DNA from: a virus
Length of the DNA stretch: 38,521 bases
Virus genome (UHGV): UHGV-0033517
Direction: 5' to 3' (one strand)
Shown here: piece by piece, positions 32,065 to 38,521 of the stretch
Layout: each line of letters opens with the position of its first letter
How positions within the stretch are numbered: position 1 is the first letter of the stretch
Translations under genes and position numbers: made by a program
The notes under the pieces: generated by a model
Seen by the model: the letters and a program-made list of their open reading frames with translations, nothing else
Database searches by the model: none
Told to the model about the DNA's origin: nothing

Positions 32065-32471
32065 GACAACCCCACCTCCATTTGTTCTTCGATTTCCCCG
32101 AACACGGTGTTGACCGTAAAGGAAACCGTCATTTTATCGCCGGAAACCGAATGCTTAAAGTCGCTGATTCCCCGGATACGGGAATCCACCGAAAATGCGT
32201 CCTTCAACCGGCGTTGGAGCTCCACGGATACATACCCCGGCTGCTGGCCGATTAGCCCATCCCAGCGCATACCAAAGTTCGGGGTATAGATTTGCCATCG
32301 GAACCGCTCCACGTTCAGAATCACTTCAATGGTCTGGCGTATCGCCGTAAGCCCGTCCACCTTGCCGCTGATTCGATGGGAGACCGGGTCGGCATAGTAG
32401 GTCAGCCCCGGCTGGTTCCGGAACGTCACGCCCCCGGAAATATCTATGTTTGTGCTCGGTAAAACGCCCAT
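32061..32471 (-). CDS. Baseplate wedge-type protein (XkdS-like)
   Basis: 136-aa ORF, 4-nt overlaps in the baseplate gene string. Confidence 0.4.
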   Translation of the reverse strand: MGVLPSTNIDISGGVTFRNQPGLTYYADPVSHRISGKVDGLTAIRQTIEVILNVERFRWQIYTPNFGMRWDGLIGQQPGYVSVELQRRLKDAFSVDSRIRGISDFKHSVSGDKMTVSFTVNTVFGEIEEQMEVGLS

Positions 32472-32472
32472 G

Positions 32473-32916
32473 TTACACCTCGTAAACCTTAGATAGCACG
32501 ATAAATTTTTGCCCGTTCTGTACCCGCAGCAGCAGCACCTTGTCCCCGGCCTTTAGCCCGGGCTGGATGATAACGAACCCGTCCTCGCTGGGCACGGCCT
32601 TCCCGTCAATGTACCCCTGTACCCCGGACAACTCCGTGGAGCAGTTCCCCGCCGGTTGGCAAACCCCTTGGTTGTTGTAGAGGTCGGTCAATTCGTGGGT
32701 GTGCGTGGTCTCGTGGGAATGGGCCAGCGAAGTAAACTTCTTTTCGATAACGGATTCCGTCAGGATAAGCACCGGAGCTTTCAAGGGTGCCATCATACCG
32801 TTGATACTAATTTCCAGCGGGGAGGCGGAAACCACCGTGCCCACCCGCATATCCGTGGGCTGGGAGGCCCCTTGGCTTTGCTGTGCGATTTGATGTAATG
32901 CGTCCAACAGCTCCAT
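32473..32916 (-). CDS. XkdR-like baseplate protein
   Basis: 147-aa ORF in the baseplate gene string. Confidence 0.4.
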   Translation of the reverse strand: MELLDALHQIAQQSQGASQPTDMRVGTVVSASPLEISINGMMAPLKAPVLILTESVIEKKFTSLAHSHETTHTHELTDLYNNQGVCQPAGNCSTELSGVQGYIDGKAVPSEDGFVIIQPGLKAGDKVLLLRVQNGQKFIVLSKVYEV

Positions 32917-32927
32917 ACGCTTCCCCC

Positions 32928-33917
32928 CTAAATGGAATACAGCTCCAAAGTCATGGTGTGGTCGGAGTTCCGGAACGTGTGCGTGGCCTTTTCAATCAAC
33001 ATCCATTGGTCGAGGTCGATGTCCCCCAGACCTTTCACCTGCATAAGCACCATTTGCCCGGCGTTCAGGCCCAGTACCCCCAATGCCTCGGCGGTCACGG
33101 TACGCATTCGCCGGTTGTAGTATTCAAGGGTGGCCTCGGCCTGTGCCTTTAGTTGGGCTTCGTTCACGTCCCCGTCCACGGTCTGGTACAGCTGCAAAAG
33201 CCCCCAGCGGCCAATGGTGTCGGAGTTCTGGGCGATATACACGTCCGCTTTACCCGTTGATTCATTGGGGTGAACCAGCTTAACGGAGTTATAGGTCTGT
33301 TGGTCAATATCGGTTTTATAGTCGTAATCGGTCATCAGCGATTTGTCGCCCAGCATGACGTTGGATTTCATATCCCCGGCGGCCTTGAGGGAAAGGCCGT
33401 CCCCATTGTCGTAGAACACATACACCACACCGGTGTTCAAAAGGGTCTGGTTCACGGCCTCGCCGATAATATCAAGACAAGTCTGGTCTTCCTCAATTAA
33501 CGAGGGAATGGCGTACCCGGTGTTCGCAATCTCGCCCATAGGGAGTTCGAGGTCTGCGCCGATTTGCCGAATAATGTCCCCGGCGGTCTGCCCGTAAAAC
33601 GCATAGGAGGCGTTGGCCTTGAGATACCGTAGCCGGTCATAGCAGGTCACATCAATCACGCCCCAGCGGTCTTTGCTTTTAGTGAACACCCAACCAAAGA
33701 ACACCAGTTTCCCGTCCACCGAAAACCGTACCACGTCACCCTCCACAAAGGAAATATCCCCGGCCTTTATCAGCGTAAAGTCCAGCTGCCCCGGTTGCCC
33801 GGTGCGGTTTGTGGTATAGGTGGTCTCCGACACACAAGGCGCAGCGTCCCACAGCTTCCCGGTGCGCTTCTCTAAAATAATCAGTTCGCAGTTGGTCACT
33901 CGCTCACCACCTGACAA
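32928..33917 (-). CDS. XkdQ-like / late-control-D-like tail protein
   Basis: 329-aa ORF downstream of the tape measure and LysM-position gene, as in PBSX-like tails. Confidence 0.45.
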   Translation of the reverse strand: MSGGERVTNCELIILEKRTGKLWDAAPCVSETTYTTNRTGQPGQLDFTLIKAGDISFVEGDVVRFSVDGKLVFFGWVFTKSKDRWGVIDVTCYDRLRYLKANASYAFYGQTAGDIIRQIGADLELPMGEIANTGYAIPSLIEEDQTCLDIIGEAVNQTLLNTGVVYVFYDNGDGLSLKAAGDMKSNVMLGDKSLMTDYDYKTDIDQQTYNSVKLVHPNESTGKADVYIAQNSDTIGRWGLLQLYQTVDGDVNEAQLKAQAEATLEYYNRRMRTVTAEALGVLGLNAGQMVLMQVKGLGDIDLDQWMLIEKATHTFRNSDHTMTLELYSI

Positions 33918-34645
33918 TCTTCACTCTTCACCCAGCCAAGTGCGCCGCCGCTTTCGGTGTTGATATGCACCGGGTACGCCCGGGTGTCGTCATTGGTCAC
34001 GATGCGAGACACCACAAAGGTACCGCCATTGCCGTTCCCGTGGGGTTCGTCGCCGTAGCTGCTGTAATAGTAGGGGCCGTTGACAACAACTTTACTTCCC
34101 ACCACCAGCTGCGACTTGGGCACCTCCCTCGGGGTTTCCGTTGTGGCCACCGCATTCCCGCCGGTTGAATCGGTCTTGATGGTCACGGTCAGGGGCGTGT
34201 AATCCTTGTACTCGGTCAGTTCCAAATCGTAGTAAAAGTCCCCGGTTTCGGCCCCTCGCTCCTCATAGGAAAAGCCAGTCACCAACACCGGGAACCCTGC
34301 GTCCTCGGTCATGTACTGTTCGCCGTTTTCGTAGTAGCGAACGGGAGTATACACAAGAATTTCCTTCTCGGTCATAGCCCGGTCGAAAAAGTCAAGGTAG
34401 AACGCTGCCGTTTCAAACTCGCCCACAGTCAGGGTTAATAAGTCTGGCCGCCCGGGGAAATAGCTGGAAATCTTGATTCCCCGTAGTCCGGGGGTACGGG
34501 GCACCATGATGGGGCCTATCCCCAAAACGTTGTATTCCTCGTTTTCTGTGTCACGGGATACGGGCAGCGTTTCCGGGTTAATCGGTAACCGAACCAGTAG
34601 CCCATCGGTCTGCCGCCGGAAAATAATACTGTAATCGTTTCGCAT
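33896..34645 (-). CDS. XkdP-position tail protein (no obvious LysM motif)
   Basis: Start refined to MRNDYSIIF (TAAGGAGG RBS overlapping the TMP stop). 250 aa. Confidence 0.4.
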   Translation of the reverse strand: MRNDYSIIFRRQTDGLLVRLPINPETLPVSRDTENEEYNVLGIGPIMVPRTPGLRGIKISSYFPGRPDLLTLTVGEFETAAFYLDFFDRAMTEKEILVYTPVRYYENGEQYMTEDAGFPVLVTGFSYEERGAETGDFYYDLELTEYKDYTPLTVTIKTDSTGGNAVATTETPREVPKSQLVVGSKVVVNGPYYYSSYGDEPHGNGNGGTFVVSRIVTNDDTRAYPVHINTESGGALGWVKSEDCQVVSE

Positions 34646-34655
34646 GGCCGCCTCC

Positions 34656-36443
34656 TTAGAACGCCCGGGCCGTAGTCCGTACCGAACCGGACGCAGCCTG
34701 TTCCACAATAATGTCACGAATCGCCGCCGCCAGCGCCCGGCGGTCTTCCGGGGTGTTCCCGGTGTTCGCCCCGGTCACGTTAATGACGGGGGTCTGGGCT
34801 GTTAGGTTAATATTGTTCACATACTTCCGGGTAGCCACGTCCAACAGGCTTTTTACGTCCTCTTTGCTCATATCCACAGACTTCTGGATTGCCTTGGTAC
34901 TGTCCTTAATATCCCCCACGTCCGTGCCCAGCTGGTCAAAGGCCATGCCCCCCAGCCCGCTCATATCGAAGTCGGAACCGAAGTCGAACAGGTTTGAACC
35001 TTTGTCGTAGCCCTTGGCAAACTCTTCTGAAAGGTCGGCGTAGTCCTTGGTTTGGAAATACTCCGTCCATCCGGAGTTCTCCTTTTCGGCAGCGGACTTC
35101 CCGGCCAAATCGTTCACCAAATTGTCGATACCGGAGGTAAGGTCTACCTCTACTCCGGGGAGCTTGTTAATCAAATCTTCAATGCCGTGGGCAATATTGG
35201 AAATAAAGCCCAATACCGTAGTGGCCATATCGTAGAACAGAATTTTTACAGCGCTCACCGGAGAGTGAAACACATTCCCAATGAAGTTGGCAAAGTTCGC
35301 AAAGGCGTTCCACATAAAAGTGGTCACGTTATTGGCCACCGCTGCCAGCGTATATATGGCCCCTACGATAAGCCCAGTGGCGGATATGCTTTGCCCTGTG
35401 GCCTTGTTGTAGGCCGCTACGCCGGCATAAATCAGGCCGATAATCAGGGCAATGCCCATAATAATCCAGGTAATGGGGCTGGCCAGCAGCGCTGAATTGA
35501 ACGTAAACACCGCCGCCGAAGCCGCCGCCGTGTTCCCGGTCAGCATCCCGAAGGCAATGGACAGAATGTTGACCACCCCGGTGTATATCGTAGTTGCCAC
35601 CGAGGCAATTTTCGTCCAGTTGGCTGCAACTTGAAACACCGCAAACGCAGCGCCGACACCAATCACTAGCGGCCCGATAATCCGGATATTGCTGGCCAGC
35701 CAGGATACCCCCTTAAGCACCGGGTTCAGCGCCATAATCGCCGTGTTTCGGAACGAGTTCCACACCTGCCCCCAGGTCATGGGCATTTGCTCAAACTGAG
35801 CGTTGGTTTCCGCTGCCGCCTGTAGCATGGCATTCTTAACGACTGCTGCCGTTACCTGCCCCTGTGCGGCCATGTTCCGCATTTCCCCGGTGGTCACGCC
35901 CATGTATTGGGCAATGGTCTGGGCAATCATGGGGGTCTGCTCCAATATAGAGTTCAGCTCATCCCCTCGCAGCACCCCGGAGGACATGGCTTGTGTCAGC
36001 TGTAGCATGGCCGCTTGGGCGTTCTGTGTGTTCGTGCCGGAAAGCGCCATTTGTTTATTGATTTGCTCCGCAAAAGCAATAATTTCCGCTGTGCTGTCAA
36101 AGGCCGACCCGGCCAGTGTGCCCAGCTTGGCCACCATATCCGCCGTGTCCCGAAATGCCCCCCCGGAGCGCTGGGCCGACTGGTAAACCATCATAGTCAG
36201 CTGGTTGGTGGTCTGTAGGCCGTCATTCATCCGCTCCAGCCGGGCCGTGGTCTGGGTCAGTTCATCCGAAAGGCTCACCAGCATTTGAATGCCTTTTAGC
36301 CCGGCAAACCCGCCTGCCAACCGCCGCACGCTGCCCAAAAGCTTGTCGGTAGCCGTGTCCGCCATATCCATTTTCTGAATGTATTTATCCAGATTGATTG
36401 AGAATCGGTCGGTCAAAACCAGTTCTTCGTTGATTCTAGCCAC
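34656..36443 (-). CDS. Tail tape measure protein
   Basis: 595 aa. GTG start. Ala/Gln-rich helical N-terminal half, central multi-TM hydrophobic block, C-terminal Gly/Asp-rich region. Confidence 0.75.
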   Translation of the reverse strand: MARINEELVLTDRFSINLDKYIQKMDMADTATDKLLGSVRRLAGGFAGLKGIQMLVSLSDELTQTTARLERMNDGLQTTNQLTMMVYQSAQRSGGAFRDTADMVAKLGTLAGSAFDSTAEIIAFAEQINKQMALSGTNTQNAQAAMLQLTQAMSSGVLRGDELNSILEQTPMIAQTIAQYMGVTTGEMRNMAAQGQVTAAVVKNAMLQAAAETNAQFEQMPMTWGQVWNSFRNTAIMALNPVLKGVSWLASNIRIIGPLVIGVGAAFAVFQVAANWTKIASVATTIYTGVVNILSIAFGMLTGNTAAASAAVFTFNSALLASPITWIIMGIALIIGLIYAGVAAYNKATGQSISATGLIVGAIYTLAAVANNVTTFMWNAFANFANFIGNVFHSPVSAVKILFYDMATTVLGFISNIAHGIEDLINKLPGVEVDLTSGIDNLVNDLAGKSAAEKENSGWTEYFQTKDYADLSEEFAKGYDKGSNLFDFGSDFDMSGLGGMAFDQLGTDVGDIKDSTKAIQKSVDMSKEDVKSLLDVATRKYVNNINLTAQTPVINVTGANTGNTPEDRRALAAAIRDIIVEQAASGSVRTTARAF

Positions 36444-36615
36444 GCTGTACCCCCTTTTCGGCCTTCTCCCGGTTGGCTACATCCTGTTTTACAAATTCTG
36501 CTACCAGCAGGCGCTCCCGGAGAGGCAAGGCCGCATACTTGGACGGCGGCCAGCCCCAGTTAATCAGACAGTAATAGGCTACCGCCGTTTCCGGGTCGCC
36601 CCCCATCAGTTTTTT
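36436..36615 (-). other. Programmed -1 frameshift site (A_AAA_AAC at 36615–36609) plus 57-codon extension frame, giving an extended G/GT-type chaperone product
   Basis: Slippery heptamer immediately 5' of the chaperone stop (36608–36606). The -1 frame is open for 57 codons (verified triplet by triplet). It ends at TAG 36438–36436, overlapping the TMP GTG start. Confidence 0.5.
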
Positions 36616-37043
36616 ACTGCTTCCTCCAAATCCCCATACCCGGAGAAGTCGGAGATTTCGCTCAACAGCTTTTTAAACTCTCCGGCCTTTAGCAACCGGC
36701 CCACAGCAATCAGGGGGTCAATGGTTTCGGCCATATCGCAAACCTCTTTGGCGGCAAAGTCCGGGAATACCGTACCGGCTACCACCAGCCGCCGGGACAG
36801 TTCCAGTTCGTCCACGTATTCCATCCGCTGCCCGTCTACCTTTTTCGTTTTGCGGCACTGCTTGGCCATTCGCTCCGCTTCATCCTGCGACAGCGCCCGC
36901 ACCTTAAACAGGACGGGGTTCCCATCCTTGTCCCGGAACCGGTCGGAAATAAATACCTCCCGTTCCTCGTTGTTGTCTACGGGGTGCAGAAAATTATACA
37001 GTTCGCTGCTCATGTTTTTCCTCCAATTCTTTAGAATGGGCAA
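36606..37043 (-). CDS. Tail assembly chaperone (XkdN-like / gpG analogue)
   Basis: 145 aa between the tube and tape-measure genes. Acidic. Ends in the slippery sequence. Confidence 0.5.
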   Translation of the reverse strand: MPILKNWRKNMSSELYNFLHPVDNNEEREVFISDRFRDKDGNPVLFKVRALSQDEAERMAKQCRKTKKVDGQRMEYVDELELSRRLVVAGTVFPDFAAKEVCDMAETIDPLIAVGRLLKAGEFKKLLSEISDFSGYGDLEEAVKN

Positions 37044-37063
37044 CCGTCCATGGTGTGCCCTCC

Positions 37064-37546
37064 TTAGTTCCCCAGCTTTGCAGGGTCGTTAAACGCCTGC
37101 AACCGGGACATCCGGGTATAGGCAAAGTTAAAATCATAGTTCAGCATGGCCTCCTCGTCATTCAGAATGGCCGAGGGGATTGTCCCGGTCAGCGTACAGC
37201 CGTAATACGCCATGGCTTGCGTGCCAATGGTGGTGGTGGGGTCGCTGTTGGTAAGCTGAATATCAAACTCCGGCATAACGCCTTCGTTGGCGTATTGCAG
37301 CATCATATCCAAAAAGATATTGGACAACGGGCAGCCGAAATAGATATTCCCGGTTCCGGTCTGTTTCACGCCGTTGGCCTTGTTTTGTACGATTCGAGTA
37401 CCGATAACCCGCATGTCGTTGCTCTGGATTTCGGCCTCGGCCCGGATGTTCTTCATCCCGGCGACCTCGATGTTCTTACCGTTCAGGGTCACAAAAATTT
37501 TACCTTCTGCGCCGTTGACGGTATCCCGTGCCAGTAAGTAGCTCAT
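37064..37546 (-). CDS. Tail tube protein (XkdM-like)
   Basis: 160 aa directly downstream of the sheath gene. Size and position are typical. Confidence 0.55.
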   Translation of the reverse strand: MSYLLARDTVNGAEGKIFVTLNGKNIEVAGMKNIRAEAEIQSNDMRVIGTRIVQNKANGVKQTGTGNIYFGCPLSNIFLDMMLQYANEGVMPEFDIQLTNSDPTTTIGTQAMAYYGCTLTGTIPSAILNDEEAMLNYDFNFAYTRMSRLQAFNDPAKLGN

Positions 37547-37559
37547 GGTTTTCCCTCCT

Positions 37560-38521
37560 TTACGACACAGTAATGGACATGTAAATTTTTTCCACGGAAT
37601 CCACCGGCTGCACGCCGATGTTAATCACAATGGAATCAATGCTCTCGCCGGGAAGCACTTCCACGTCCTCGGCGGTGAAGTTTTGAATCCCCTGATTGCT
37701 CTGAATGTCCAGCAGGTACCCGACAATCGCCGATTTGAACAGCAGCCGCCCGGCCTCGTTGTTGTTGACCACGCCGATAAACTCGTTGGAAAACTGGGTG
37801 TACACATCGTTGGCAATGGTGCTCAGCAGTCGGATAACCCGGTTCTTGTGGTAGGCTTCGATGTACTGGTCGGTGTAGGTCTTAAAGCTGTCAATATCCC
37901 ACTCGACCTTGACTGCGCCGTTGTCGGCTGTCATCACCAGTTCCCCGGCCTGTAGTGCGGCAATGGTCTGGGCGTTGGTCAGTTTCGGGGACACGTCCAC
38001 GGCGGCGGGGTACTTGGCATAGGTCAGGCTTTCGTTGTATTTCGCCCCAGCCTGTACGCCGCCTACCCACCAACAGGTCTGTTGCGGGGTCAGGGTGGTG
38101 CCATCGTTCAGGACAACGCCGTTCTTGACGTTGATAATCTGCCAACTATCCGGGTCAGTTTGCCCGGCGGCCACCAGCTGGCAATACTTGCCTTCGTTGG
38201 CCCACATCCGCTTTACAAAGTTCTGGAAGGCGGCAATGGTGGTGGTGTCGCTGCCGTCATAGATTAAAATATCGAACCGATACGGTTCCAGCGCCGTCAG
38301 GAACGTGCTGTAAGCCGCAGCGTTCACCGTGCCGTCTGCGCCGCCGGTCAGCGCCACCCCGGCATTGGCGGTCAGCGCCCCGGTGCCGGTGAACCCTACC
38401 CAGCTATTATTAGACAGGTCGGCCACGGTTTTCCCGTTCTGGCTATCCACCACGGCACCGTCCACAACGGTTTGCACCGTGAACGTCCCAACGGTGTCGG
38501 GGTCGGCCACGACCACAACGG
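37560..38521 (-). CDS. Tail sheath protein, C-terminal 320 codons. Continues from 376..1 across the window junction
   Basis: Track ORF 37560..38516 (GTG). Frame extends to 38521 leaving 2 nt that complete an ACC codon with position 1. Combined product about 445 aa. Confidence 0.7.
   Translation of the reverse strand, partial: VVVVADPDTVGTFTVQTVVDGAVVDSQNGKTVADLSNNSWVGFTGTGALTANAGVALTGGADGTVNAAAYSTFLTALEPYRFDILIYDGSDTTTIAAFQNFVKRMWANEGKYCQLVAAGQTDPDSWQIINVKNGVVLNDGTTLTPQQTCWWVGGVQAGAKYNESLTYAKYPAAVDVSPKLTNAQTIAALQAGELVMTADNGAVKVEWDIDSFKTYTDQYIEAYHKNRVIRLLSTIANDVYTQFSNEFIGVVNNNEAGRLLFKSAIVGYLLDIQSNQGIQNFTAEDVEVLPGESIDSIVINIGVQPVDSVEKIYMSITVS

Larger units (their letters stand above)
1..38521 (-). 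mobile_element. Complete temperate phage genome, circularly permuted; myovirus-like with PBSX/Xkd-type contractile tail, tyrosine integrase and attP-like tRNA fragment
   Basis: All expected modules present (packaging, head, tail, lysis, integration, lysogeny control, replication/recombination). Sheath ORF is split in frame across the window ends. Late genes all on the minus strand. Confidence 0.7.

Noticed and set aside
36379-37092. 237-aa plus-strand ORF over the chaperone/TMP junction
   Set aside because: Antisense to the chaperone gene and the verified -1 frameshift extension. Ser/Arg/Leu-rich with no RBS.
1-38521. Alternative explanation of the layout as two tandem prophages (tail-lysis end of one, int-to-head of the next)
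   Set aside because: The sheath halves at the two window ends join in frame to a single full-length protein, and no module is duplicated. A single circular genome is the simpler reading, although terminal redundancy or tandem copies cannot be excluded from sequence alone.

Overview
This window reads as a complete, circularly permuted temperate phage genome of about 38.5 kb and about 58–60% GC. The gene set points to a Firmicutes/Clostridia-type host. Strong GGAGG ribosome-binding sites, a PBSX/Xkd-like contractile-tail module and a copper-amine-oxidase-N-type cell-wall-binding domain support that, but the host call is inference. The two ends of the window are contiguous: a tail-sheath gene starts at 376 on the minus strand, runs off position 1, and continues in frame at 38521 down to 37560. 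Gene order on the minus strand is terS, terL, portal, MuF-like, protease/scaffold, capsid, head-tail connectors, sheath (wraps), tube, frameshifted chaperone, tape measure, baseplate, fibre, XhlA/holin, C1 peptidase and amidase endolysin. A tRNA 3'-end fragment with a terminator sits between the endolysin and a tyrosine integrase, consistent with attP. On the plus strand lies an unusually regulator-dense lysogeny region (20.4–24.3 kb) with four tandem divergent switch-like cassettes (XRE and RHH proteins, operator arrays). On the minus strand lies an early region with a recombination/replication module (Gam-like, Rad52-like SSAP, NinB-like, SSB, Hjc-like nuclease, HNH-like, repeat-bearing replication protein) and an ArpU-like late regulator. 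Notable accessory content is listed under findings: a consensus-promoter antisense three-gene moron, a 27-unit hexapeptide-repeat protein, an iteron/homopolymer-rich replication gene, a programmed -1 frameshift site, and duplicated regulatory elements. All functional calls rest on motif-level reading of the translated ORFs and DNA patterns. No database search was run.
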